Source: Patescibacteria group bacterium
GTDB lineage: Bacteria; Patescibacteriota; Microgenomatia; Levybacterales; UBA12049
Reading direction: 5' to 3'
NCBI GenBank assembly: GCA_041743715.1
Contig: JBGTMH010000004.1
Span: forward strand, 1,097-65,096
Length of the DNA: 64,000 nucleotides
Shown in pieces: positions 45,266-54,452 of the stretch. Position numbers and translations under genes: made by a program. The notes beneath the pieces are model-generated. The model was not told the DNA's origin and did no database searches. It worked only from the letters and a program-made list of their open reading frames with translations. Position 1 is the first letter of the stretch. The number at the start of each line of letters is the position of its first letter.

Positions 45266-45597
45266 ATTGATCGAGTGTCTCCAGTATCAGGTTTTTTTAA
45301 ATGCTCGTTCTCGAGTTCGAGTTGATGAACTCGTTTTACTAGTTCAATATTCTCTTTCTCTGTGTCTTTAATTTTACTGTCTTTACGACGGAGCGTAAGC
45401 GAGGTAAAAAGAGAATCAAACATGCTAATAACCCAACTGATAAAAATACCAAAAAGCAAAGCCCCTAAGACCACAGCATAGAGGGGGATATGCTCAAAAC
45501 GATAGTGTGCAGCGTAAAGGACTACTGTTTGAGGATTTTGCATCGCTAGTAAGGCAACACCAATTCCTAATATTATAATGATAAGTAATGCAAGCAT
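45262..45597 (-). CDS. LapA/DUF1049 domain membrane protein
   Basis: Two TM helices followed by a coiled-coil tail. 4-bp overlap with the NUDIX gene. Confidence 0.6.
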   Translation of the reverse strand: MLALLIIIILGIGVALLAMQNPQTVVLYAAHYRFEHIPLYAVVLGALLFGIFISWVISMFDSLFTSLTLRRKDSKIKDTEKENIELVKRVHQLELENEHLKKPDTGDTRSM

Positions 45598-45686
45598 CTA
45601 CTCACATCATAATTTATTGAGAGGTTAATAGCAAAGAGTCAATTTGGTGTGCTTTTGATTTGTGAAAGATATATAATACATTTGTT

Positions 45687-46202
45687 ATGAAGAATAAGAA
45701 ACTGCTTTTACTTGTAGAGGATTTGTTTGAAGATTTAGAATTTTGGTATCCGAAGATGAGACTTGCGGAAGAAGGGATTGCTATTATAGTTGCAGGGAAG
45801 GAGAAGAAAGTATATCATGGCAAAAAAGGATTGCCGGCAGAACCGGATATAACGTTTGTTGAAATAAAGCCAGAGAATTATGACGGCATAATCATTCCTG
45901 GAGGATTTGCTCCGGACTGGCTACGTCGGTACAAAGAAGTTTTGGATTTAGTGAGAATATATGACAAAGAGGGCAAGTTGGTCGCGTTTATTTGTCACGC
46001 AGGATGGGTACCCATCTCTGCCAAAATTTTGAAGGGAAGAACAGCAACAAGTTTTTTTGCAATTCAAGATGATATGGAAAATGCAGGGGTTGTTTGGAAG
46101 GATGAATCTGTAGTCGTTGATAAAAATCTTATCTCGTCGCGTACTCCAGCAGATCTCGGGGATTTCTGTAAAGCTATAATTACGTTCCTCAGTAAATCTT
46201 AA
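45687..46202 (+). CDS. DJ-1/PfpI family protein
   Basis: IIIPGGFAP...VAFICHAGWV (nucleophile elbow Cys). Confidence 0.8.
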   Translation: MKNKKLLLLVEDLFEDLEFWYPKMRLAEEGIAIIVAGKEKKVYHGKKGLPAEPDITFVEIKPENYDGIIIPGGFAPDWLRRYKEVLDLVRIYDKEGKLVAFICHAGWVPISAKILKGRTATSFFAIQDDMENAGVVWKDESVVVDKNLISSRTPADLGDFCKAIITFLSKS

Positions 46203-46215
46203 TTATGTAATGCAA

Positions 46216-47754
46216 TTATTGCGTGATTTCGGCTTCTCCTGTCGTAGACTGTGCGGCATCTTGATCTACCGCGTTCGGTTTAAAGCCCGGTTCAATTTGT
46301 ACTGGTGGAGCACCACCATCAACTGCGAAACGGCCTTCCATAATGCCCATCATCGGATATGGTTTGGGATATCCATCGTTTCTTGGAGAAAGGAATAAGA
46401 GGAGAGCAAAGAGCACAAGAAGAAACAGTATAGCCCAGACGACAGTTGCCGAAAATGTCACGAGCGCCCATCCCAAACCTTTTTTAACTCCCATACCTAT
46501 AGACGGCGCAAAGAAAAAGAACATATAGACCAAACAAGAAATAGCAAAAACGAACAACATCAGAACCATACTATTATTGGAGTAATACATACTTGGATTG
46601 AGAAGTTGTGTAATAGCAAACACACCAAAGGTATAAAGACATAAAAGAAGCATAGAGAGAAAACTGATACTAATAGCCGTAAGAAATGTTTTGTTTTGAT
46701 TTTTTAGTTGCACTACTGCCTCTTCAGGCTTGTCTGCTTTTTTCTTGGCAAGTTTGTTGAGCGCGACTTTGACGAGGACGATTATCAGAAGGATAAGAAG
46801 CAGAATCACAATAACGGTAATTGTTATTTCTTTTCCGTACAATTTCGATTGAGAATCCGCATAAAGCCCTTTTACGTCATAGCTTTCAAGTGATGCCAAA
46901 TCTGATACGTGTTTGGTAATTGTACCATTTCCGATTTGATTGTAGAATTGATCAAATTGTGGATTGCTCATACTTCTTTCTGAGCCTCCTGCAGAAGAGG
47001 GAACAGCCATTGCGACATCAGTGGACGCATAGTTCACATTCGCTTTCGCGCCGCGAAGATAATGATCCGCATCCGTTGAGATACCGACTTGCAGTGAATG
47101 GATCTTGTCCGTTGTCTTCAGTGTCTGGAACTGATATTTATATGCGCCAAAAAGATCTTTTTTTGTGAGATCATTACTACGGAAGTAGATAAAGTAACTG
47201 CCATGTTTATTTGGTTCTATCGGTGTCGGAAAATAAAGCTCAAGAGTGGTATTTGTTACCTCTGTTTTTATGTTTTGGTACTTGGTATTGCCATAAAGAT
47301 ACTGGTACGTAGGTTGCTGGTATTCGGCGCATTGTTCTGTATAACCTGCAGGATCAATCATTATTCTATCCTGCATCTTGAGGTCCATGACTGGGCGGGG
47401 GAGATACCGAATACATTGTGGCTCCTGAATTACCTGAAACGCAGCAAATTCTTTCGGGTCAAAATTAGAAGGATAATCCAGACTGACTTTCGTCAGTGGG
47501 GTTGTCGTGGTATTTGAAAGAATTGCTTTAAATGTAACGACGGCTTCACCATTACCGCGAAACGTGATTGTATAAAAGTGATTTTGTCCAAAGAGGTTCG
47601 CTGGTTTCTCATCGGGAGGAAGAGGAGGCATAATCTCCGCTGCCTCACGTTGTATCCCTTCAGCCGGAGCTGACGCAGCATTACCTGCTTGTGCATTCGC
47701 ATCAAGTGGAAAAAGAAGAAAGGCAACAAGCAATGTCAAAAATATTTTCTTCAC
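46216..47754 (-). CDS. membrane protein with large extracytoplasmic N-terminal domain, unknown function
   Basis: Signal peptide, a ~300-aa soluble region, then about 5 TM helices. No motif recognised. Confidence 0.55.
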   Translation of the reverse strand: MKKIFLTLLVAFLLFPLDANAQAGNAASAPAEGIQREAAEIMPPLPPDEKPANLFGQNHFYTITFRGNGEAVVTFKAILSNTTTTPLTKVSLDYPSNFDPKEFAAFQVIQEPQCIRYLPRPVMDLKMQDRIMIDPAGYTEQCAEYQQPTYQYLYGNTKYQNIKTEVTNTTLELYFPTPIEPNKHGSYFIYFRSNDLTKKDLFGAYKYQFQTLKTTDKIHSLQVGISTDADHYLRGAKANVNYASTDVAMAVPSSAGGSERSMSNPQFDQFYNQIGNGTITKHVSDLASLESYDVKGLYADSQSKLYGKEITITVIVILLLILLIIVLVKVALNKLAKKKADKPEEAVVQLKNQNKTFLTAISISFLSMLLLCLYTFGVFAITQLLNPSMYYSNNSMVLMLFVFAISCLVYMFFFFAPSIGMGVKKGLGWALVTFSATVVWAILFLLVLFALLLFLSPRNDGYPKPYPMMGIMEGRFAVDGGAPPVQIEPGFKPNAVDQDAAQSTTGEAEITQ

Positions 47755-47849
47755 TATTCCAGTGAACCATGCTTTTACTTTTCTGTCAATGAAGAGGTCT
47801 CGTGTAACTGTGGGAACTTACAATTTTCTTTCTTGACATACATTTCTAT

Positions 47850-48257
47850 TTGTCATATTCTATGAGTGAAATGTTAACAAATGCGTCAGTCGCTCCAACA
47901 ATTCCGGTCACAGATCTTGCAAGGGCTCGTGAATTTTATGAAAAAACACTCGGCCTTGCTATTGAGAAAGAATCTCCTCTGGGCATTACATTTAAAGCTG
48001 GAAATAATACTAGGCTTTATATTTATCAGCGTGGTCCCTCAAAAGCAGATCATACCCTGGCAGGATTTGAGGTAGATGATTTGGAAGCTATGGTTGACGA
48101 GATGACGCAGAAGGGAATTACTTTTGAGCAATATGACTTTCCTGGTTTGAAAACAAATGAAAAAGGTATTGCTATTTCAGAAGGAGAAGAAGAAAAAGGT
48201 GCGTGGTTCAAAGATCCTGATGGCAATATCTTAGCAATCAGCCAACCAACAAAATAA
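47850..48257 (+). CDS. VOC (glyoxalase) family protein
   Basis: IPVTDLARAREFYEKTLGL...AWFKDPDGNILAI. The true start is probably ATG 47862 or 47871. Confidence 0.75.
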   Translation: MSYSMSEMLTNASVAPTIPVTDLARAREFYEKTLGLAIEKESPLGITFKAGNNTRLYIYQRGPSKADHTLAGFEVDDLEAMVDEMTQKGITFEQYDFPGLKTNEKGIAISEGEEEKGAWFKDPDGNILAISQPTK

Positions 48258-48346
48258 TTCTTCATTGCTTTTCGTTCTACCACATAAGAAAATAGCTCAC
48301 AATTTTAGTTCTCGCTTTAAAACCTAAAACAACAAGTACGATCTTA

Positions 48347-48355
48347 TGCTATACT
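48347..48355 (+). promoter_or_regulatory. Extended -10 box TGcTATACT, 6 nt upstream of ATG 48362
   Basis: tgctatact, spacer catttt, then ATG. Confidence 0.45.
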
Positions 48356-48361
48356 CATTTT

Positions 48362-48811
48362 ATGCCCAACACACCAATTAAAGCACATATTGAAGATACT
48401 ATCCCCAAGCCTGTTGCCGAGGTTTTTAATGCGGTCATAGATGCGCGCAAGCTGTATCAATTTTTTGTATCAGGCGCTAGTGGGAACTTGGTTGAAGGAA
48501 GTACTGTATCTTGGGATTTTGGTAAATATGGGAAAGTTGATGTTGTTGTGAAACAAATAGTCGCAAATACAATAGTAGTATTTGAATGGGCCGCAAGTGG
48601 CACGAATTGTACGGTTGAAATGATATTTGAATCGATGGGTCCTCATGAAACGGCGATTAAGATAATCGAATCTGGTTGGCCGATGGATGAAGAAGGAGTT
48701 AAAAAAGCATTGGGGCAGACCCAGGGATGGACAGGATTTATTGATGGACTGAAAGCTTATTTACTCTTCAACATCAATCTTCGAGAAGGTAGACTCGTGG
48801 GACCACAGTAA
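48362..48811 (+). CDS. SRPBCC (Aha1-like) domain protein
   Basis: 149 aa; PVAEVFNAVIDARKLYQFF...GWTGFIDGLKAYL. Confidence 0.65.
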   Translation: MPNTPIKAHIEDTIPKPVAEVFNAVIDARKLYQFFVSGASGNLVEGSTVSWDFGKYGKVDVVVKQIVANTIVVFEWAASGTNCTVEMIFESMGPHETAIKIIESGWPMDEEGVKKALGQTQGWTGFIDGLKAYLLFNINLREGRLVGPQ

Positions 48812-48812
48812 G

Positions 48813-49358
48813 TTATTTAAATTTAACAGGTATAATAAGAGGGCCGGATTCGCCCGATTGGTAACTTGTATTTGTCTTTTCGATAAGGAGTCTCCCTTTT
48901 GGTGTTTCTGCTTCCGCTACGTTAAAACCAATTGCTGCAACAAATGGCACAAAATCATCAGTTTGTGTGTCTCCCAAAGCATTCAGTTGCTTCGTTACGA
49001 GAACTTTTCCATTATCATCTTGGAGTCTCGCTGTTAATTGGTTATTTAAATACCAATTGCCTATGGCTTTGCCTTCAACTTTCAGAGGAGTAGAAATTAC
49101 TTCGTTAGCAGTTGGCGAAGTAATCACAATCGAATTTTGTAAAAGTACACCATTATATTCTTCAACAAAAACCTGTTGCGCTTTGGTATGGCATTCACGT
49201 GGTTTGGTATCTACGACCAGAAATCCAGCATTCTCACAGTCTTCAAAGGATTTTATTTCAGCTGGAGTTTTTGATTTGAAAAGAGAAGGATAGAAGAAAA
49301 AAACTCCTATTCCTATAACAACTACCAATACCCCTAATGCTATGAGTGCGTATTTCAT
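48813..49358 (-). CDS. Gmad2 immunoglobulin-like domain protein (membrane-anchored or secreted)
   Basis: N-terminal TM helix; ITSPTANEVISTPLKVEGKAIGNWY...GRLLIEK pattern. Confidence 0.6.
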   Translation of the reverse strand: MKYALIALGVLVVVIGIGVFFFYPSLFKSKTPAEIKSFEDCENAGFLVVDTKPRECHTKAQQVFVEEYNGVLLQNSIVITSPTANEVISTPLKVEGKAIGNWYLNNQLTARLQDDNGKVLVTKQLNALGDTQTDDFVPFVAAIGFNVAEAETPKGRLLIEKTNTSYQSGESGPLIIPVKFK

Positions 49359-49411
49359 TACCTCTATTTAATAGTATAATAAAGATTTAGAAAAAGCAAA
49401 ACAGGAAAGTG

Positions 49412-49533
49412 TATTCGTTCAGAATTTGACAAAACAATTCGTTGCTGAGCGTAGTCCAAGCGCAGGAGAACCTTTCGACTCCACACGGTTTCGTTCAGAG
49501 AGAAAACTCTTTGACAACTCCTGAACGGCTACT
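49412..49533 (+). repeat. ~122-bp MITE-like palindromic element, copy A
   Basis: About 88% identical to the reverse complement of 57545-57667. Imperfect ~18-bp terminal inverted repeats (cgttcagaatttgacaaa / tttgacaactcctgaacg) and nested internal stems (ctgagcg...cgttcag). Confidence 0.8.
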
Positions 49534-49714
49534 GAAGATTCTTATTTTTTCTTTTTTCTGAGGTGTTTGTTAATTCGTGCTGGTCCTTTTTTGCCGAACA
49601 TATCTCCTCTTGGTTTGCGTTTTGATTTTGACATAATTTCTTTCTTTTATACGATGATGAGTGTATTATACGCTTTTTTTTGAATAAAAGAATGACTAAA
49701 ATAAAATATACAAT

Positions 49715-50308
49715 TTACCTTTTCCAGTGTTTTTCATGTGTACTCACGATTCCTAATGCCAGTCCCATGCCTGCTCCCCAGAAAAGAAACAATGTAGCAT
49801 GATCAATATAATTATCCCGGAGTTCAATGCCTGTTTGTAAAGAGGAAATTCCTGGAAGGATATAACCACTTAATCCAAGTATGCTTCCGGCAAAGAGAAG
49901 GGCGAGTATCTGGGGGGTAGTTAACTGGTAAATGAACCAGTGGAATGCATAGATAAAAATAAATGTATAGATAAAACTGTAAATGACTGATGCAGAAAAA
50001 TGAGTGAGCGGGAATTCGCTCATAAACATATAGCCAATTACGGCAATAATGTATCCTATTTGTAAAACGAATATGTAGCTAGATAAGGAATTGAGAGACG
50101 TAACATGTTTGGTTATAATAAAATAGAGAGCAGTAATGCAGCTAAATACAAACCCGTTTAGAAAAAGTATTCCCATATAGTCCCCAATACTCAGTACAAC
50201 TATAAAGTAGGAAAGAATTCCGGCAACAAGTCCTGTTATAAAAAAACCAAAGGTATGTGTAATGCTTCTTATGGTTTTAGCATAAAGGATGAGGAATACT
50301 CTATGCAA
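49715..50308 (-). CDS. integral membrane protein, unknown function
   Basis: 197 aa with about 6 TM helices. Confidence 0.5.
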   Translation of the reverse strand: MHRVFLILYAKTIRSITHTFGFFITGLVAGILSYFIVVLSIGDYMGILFLNGFVFSCITALYFIITKHVTSLNSLSSYIFVLQIGYIIAVIGYMFMSEFPLTHFSASVIYSFIYTFIFIYAFHWFIYQLTTPQILALLFAGSILGLSGYILPGISSLQTGIELRDNYIDHATLFLFWGAGMGLALGIVSTHEKHWKR

Positions 50309-50322
50309 GTGGAGATTGAGGG

Positions 50323-51105
50323 TTATTTCGGCTGGAAGTTGGTAAATTCTTGGGCGCAGCTATTGCCTGAACAGGCGACACAGCTGTATGTATAGTTTCC
50401 GACGATTGCGTCATGATGAATTTGGTCATTAATCCACCAATTAAATGCTGCTTCTTCTGAGTTCATGGATATGATATTTTCCGTATTCCAATAAGGAAGG
50501 GCTCGTGCTTGAAGACCGCTGTGTAACGTCCCTGATGCCACTTCTCCTGCAATTTCCGGTGCGCGAGTAGCGGCAAGTGAGCAAGAACGCTCGTCTTTTA
50601 TGAAAGCTGCGAGTCCTTTTGACTGCCGGTATGCATTGCTCATAGAGAATAGCTTTTCGCTACTGAGTCCACCGACAACTGATTGGGTGATGGCTGCTGT
50701 TGGCGTGGTGGTCGTTGGTGTAAGAAGTTGTTGTGGTGAAGGTGTGAGAGTAGGGGATGGATCTTCTGATTGTTGAATATAGAGTGTTGGAGTTGGCATG
50801 ACTGTTATCGTCGTTGTTGTGAGATTTTCAAATGTGGGAGAAATGATAATTTTCTCAAACTCATTATTCTCTTCCTCATGTTGTATCTCTATAGTACCTT
50901 GTACGATAAATTGTATTGTTGTTTTCTGCTGAGGGAGGTCTTCGGATTGAGAAAAGGTAAGGGGATCCAAGAAAGTAAGGCCAATATGATGAAATTGTTG
51001 AGGTAATGTAAAAGTTTCAGCGTGGGTATGAAAAGGGGCGTGGAGAAAGATGTATAAAACAACAAAAAAAGCCGCGCTACGTTGTAGTAGTGTATATATC
51101 ATCAC
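50323..51105 (-). CDS. CAP (SCP/PR-1-like) domain secreted protein
   Basis: Signal peptide, Pro/Thr linker, and C-terminal YRQSKGL...HSGL...WWINDQIHHDAIVGNYTYSCVAC. Confidence 0.6.
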   Translation of the reverse strand: MMIYTLLQRSAAFFVVLYIFLHAPFHTHAETFTLPQQFHHIGLTFLDPLTFSQSEDLPQQKTTIQFIVQGTIEIQHEEENNEFEKIIISPTFENLTTTTITVMPTPTLYIQQSEDPSPTLTPSPQQLLTPTTTTPTAAITQSVVGGLSSEKLFSMSNAYRQSKGLAAFIKDERSCSLAATRAPEIAGEVASGTLHSGLQARALPYWNTENIISMNSEEAAFNWWINDQIHHDAIVGNYTYSCVACSGNSCAQEFTNFQPK

Positions 51106-51329
51106 AACAGAACTATATGTAGTATATCATGCGATTTTTAAATAGCAAACTCATCTTTATGTATCATTGTACTATATATAATGAATCATAGAGGTTGTTG
51201 TATACTGTTCTTATGGCAAGGAAACGGATAACAATTAAAGATAAAAAGGTAAAAGAGATAATACAAAAAGGGGAACGAAAAGGCGCAAAGAAGGATTTTC
51301 TTGAATTGGTGAAACGCGCGGTAAGACGT

Positions 51330-51821
51330 TCAGTCTGATGAATCTTGCTTTTCAACCACTGAGATTTCGAATCGTTTGAAGAACACCCATTTATGTACTT
51401 GTTTTATTCCTGTCTCATCTTCTTCTGTCGTGGCGAGTAAGTCGCCATTGTTCAGGGCCATAAGTTTGTGGATCCTTTTTTGCATTCGCCAAGCAGTTTT
51501 GTAGGTCACTCCCAACTCTCGTTGTAGTTGTTTAATAGTAATACGTCCTCTGGTATGTGTCATAAGAAACAATGCATAGAACCATAATCTCAGAGGCGTT
51601 GATGATTTTTCAAAAATAGTACCTGCTAGCGGATACACCTGGTTCCTGCACTCTTTGCATGAATAAGCAGATCTTTTAGATAACCTGTAATGTGTAGTAA
51701 TTTGTCTGCAACGGAGACAGCGCACACCCCTTGGAAAACGAATATCCATTATTTCTTCAAGGCAAGAGTCATCGTCGGAGTACTGTTTGATGAACTGGGA
51801 AAAGGTTAGTTCCTGTATCAT
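51330..51821 (-). CDS. IS1595-family transposase N-terminal (zinc-ribbon + HTH) domain protein, no DDE domain
   Basis: FPRGVRCLRCRQITTHYRLSKRSAYSCKECRNQVYPLAGTIFEKSSTPLRLWFYALFLM...LGVTYKTAWRMQKRI. Only 163 aa, so the catalytic domain is absent. Confidence 0.7.
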   Translation of the reverse strand: MIQELTFSQFIKQYSDDDSCLEEIMDIRFPRGVRCLRCRQITTHYRLSKRSAYSCKECRNQVYPLAGTIFEKSSTPLRLWFYALFLMTHTRGRITIKQLQRELGVTYKTAWRMQKRIHKLMALNNGDLLATTEEDETGIKQVHKWVFFKRFEISVVEKQDSSD

Positions 51822-51985
51822 AAAAATATTATAATGAACCTATTTACGTGTTGTCAAGGGATAAGGATAAAAATTGCCTATTGACGAGTGAGCTGGTAAT
51901 TGTTTATATTGGTATTAATCTAACAAATGGCTACAGCAGATTGTTGAGGACTCGTCTCCAATGTTGCTATAGTGATTTACTTGAT

Positions 51986-54307
51986 ATGAGAAGACACGTT
52001 ACTGCCTATTTAGATAATATAATCACCATGCTACTTTTAGTAGTAGCTGGTCTTACCCCCCTCCTGTTTTTTAATCAAACTACTGAATTTTATGAAATGC
52101 CAAAACTCGCTTTCTTGGTAGTTGCTACTATACTATTGTTCGGATTGTGGATTTTTTCTTGTATCCTTAAAGGGAAGGTAGCTATAACCAGAACACCTTT
52201 GGATATCCCATTGTTACTCTTGCTTATTGTCATTCTTTTATCGACGTATTTTAGCGACTCTCGATACTCTGCTATCTATGGTAACTTTCCGAAAGTTCAC
52301 GGCTCTGCAGTCTCATGGGTAACCTACATCTTATTGTATTTTGTCACGGTTTCACATTTGAAAAATATGGCACAGGTGAAGACGCTTTTATATATTATGT
52401 ATGGAAGCGCGGTAGTAGTCGCTTTGATATCTCTCTTCTCTTTCTTCAGTCTCTTCCTACCATTTGATTTTGCGAAAGCAGTTAACTTTACGCCTACTGG
52501 ATCTTCATTCTCGACTGTTGCGTTCTTACTATTGCTTTTACCATTCCCTTTACTCTCAATAGTTAATCCAAATAAATATTTTCCACTTCCTTTCGCACTT
52601 GTCATATCGGTATTATTTGGGGTCACGATTGTTTTAATTGGCTCTGTCGCAAGTTATGTCGCTCTGATTCTTGCATTTGCGCTTACTCTATTCGTATCCA
52701 AACCGCAACAAATCAGGAAATCACTTGGTATGGCGATCATTCCAGTCGTTGCAATTTTATTAACCTTAACACTTGCGTATGTCCCACAATTGCCTGGCGG
52801 CATCCAGCAATTGGAAGCTAACTTCCCGAAAGAGATCCAGTTGCCGTTTGATATCTCATGGAAAGTTTCAGCATCAGCGTTTCGAGATGCGCCATTTATC
52901 GGAACAGGTCCCGGAACATATCTTTTCAACTTCACAACGTACAAACCACTTGAATTTAATTCCTTAACCTTCTGGAACTTCTCTTTTGACACAGCATACA
53001 ACGAATTCCTGCAGGTCTTAGGTACATTAGGTATCGTTGGACTGCTTCTCCTCATCGTTATATGTATCGTTATTATAAATAACACTCGGAAGAATTTATC
53101 CTTGGACGCTCATGAAGCACATCAACCAGATAGTCAGTCTGACTCTGCAGATTCTCACGCTGATAACACACGTGTACTGCTCCCAGCACTGGCAATTAGC
53201 GGATTACTCAGTATCGTCTTGTGGGCAATCCACGCGACGACACTAGTATCTATGGTCATGACCTTCTTTATCCTGGCAGCCTTGATGATTTCTCAGAAAT
53301 CTATCCGAAGCCGGGTCATGATGTTATCCATGGGTATAAAGGCTTCAACGTCTGACAATAAACAATTTGATCTTTTCCCGGTCCTTATCTTTATCGTCTT
53401 CCTCGTCGGTGCGGTTCCCGCATTAATCCAGACATACAATGTCGTTGCAGCAGACTACTGGCACCGTCAAGCACTCTCACAAGCGAGCAAAAACGGTACG
53501 TTGACCTATCAATATTTACAAAAAGCAGAAACGTTAAATCCATATTCTGATCTCTATAGAGTAGATATGGCGCAAACGAACTTTGCCTTGGCGAACGCGC
53601 TTGCAGCCCAAAAAGGCCCAACAAAAGAGAACCCGAAAGGATCTCTCACAGATGAGGACAAAAAAACTATTCAAACACTCCTCTCACAGGCTATCAACGA
53701 AAGCAGGGCAAGTGTGGCGCTCAGTCCACGGTCTAGTCGGAATTGGGAAGTATTGGCTTCAATATACCGAAACATCTCAGGTGTCGCACAAAGAGCATTA
53801 GTTTTCTCACTCGATAGTTATGGCCGAGCAATTCAACGAGATCCATTGAACCCTGCACTCAGAGTTAATGTCGGGGGAATATATTACTCAATAAAGAACT
53901 ATGACTTGGCAATTCGGTTCTTTTCCGACGCAGCAAACTTAAAACCTGACTATGCCAATGCCTACTTTAACTTAGCTATTGCACTCAGAGAAAAAGGAGA
54001 CTTCCAAAACGCAAAAGCTGTTGCTGACCAAACAGTCAAACTCTTAAACAAAAATACAAACAGCCCTGATTACAAAGTCGCAAAGAAACTCCAAGATGAT
54101 TTAGCGAAAAAAGTGAAATCCAATGAGGGAGCACCAGCTGCCGCATCCAGTAGCGCACTACAAAACCCAGATCTTGGAGAAGTTAATCTCAATAATCTTG
54201 ACAATGCGCCTTCAGTAACTCCAGCACCAACAGTTCAACCTAACCCTGAAGCGAATTTACCTCAAGGTATTAACGCAACACCAACAACAGCTCCTGCCCG
54301 AAGATAA
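51986..54307 (+). CDS. O-antigen ligase (Wzy_C)-like polytopic membrane protein with C-terminal TPR repeats
   Basis: About 12 TM helices, a large loop with AHNEF-like YNEFLQVLGTLG, then TPR units (YANAYFNLAIALREKGDFQNA). ATG 51986 is preferred to the longer track ORF. Confidence 0.7.
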   Translation: MRRHVTAYLDNIITMLLLVVAGLTPLLFFNQTTEFYEMPKLAFLVVATILLFGLWIFSCILKGKVAITRTPLDIPLLLLLIVILLSTYFSDSRYSAIYGNFPKVHGSAVSWVTYILLYFVTVSHLKNMAQVKTLLYIMYGSAVVVALISLFSFFSLFLPFDFAKAVNFTPTGSSFSTVAFLLLLLPFPLLSIVNPNKYFPLPFALVISVLFGVTIVLIGSVASYVALILAFALTLFVSKPQQIRKSLGMAIIPVVAILLTLTLAYVPQLPGGIQQLEANFPKEIQLPFDISWKVSASAFRDAPFIGTGPGTYLFNFTTYKPLEFNSLTFWNFSFDTAYNEFLQVLGTLGIVGLLLLIVICIVIINNTRKNLSLDAHEAHQPDSQSDSADSHADNTRVLLPALAISGLLSIVLWAIHATTLVSMVMTFFILAALMISQKSIRSRVMMLSMGIKASTSDNKQFDLFPVLIFIVFLVGAVPALIQTYNVVAADYWHRQALSQASKNGTLTYQYLQKAETLNPYSDLYRVDMAQTNFALANALAAQKGPTKENPKGSLTDEDKKTIQTLLSQAINESRASVALSPRSSRNWEVLASIYRNISGVAQRALVFSLDSYGRAIQRDPLNPALRVNVGGIYYSIKNYDLAIRFFSDAANLKPDYANAYFNLAIALREKGDFQNAKAVADQTVKLLNKNTNSPDYKVAKKLQDDLAKKVKSNEGAPAAASSSALQNPDLGEVNLNNLDNAPSVTPAPTVQPNPEANLPQGINATPTTAPARR

Positions 54308-54452
54308 ATACTATGGCTATCTTGCGCTGATAAAAAATAGCAATACTTCACCTCATTTATTGATTTCTCAACTTGCCAAGTGTAGTATTAAAGAAAAGCC
54401 CAAGAAATAGAGAACGAAGCGCTTCTTTGAACAAATTTTGGGGACCATCTCT

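Noticed and set aside
51164-51355. A 63-aa minus-strand track ORF, and a 41-codon plus-strand ORF (51213-51338, MARKRITIKDKKVKEIIQKGERKGAKKDFLELVKRAVRRSV) with a TATACT box 6 nt upstream.
   Set aside because: Neither has a recognisable fold or conservation evidence. The plus-strand one fits the leaderless pattern and could be real, but at 41 aa and without homologues I cannot support it as a feature.
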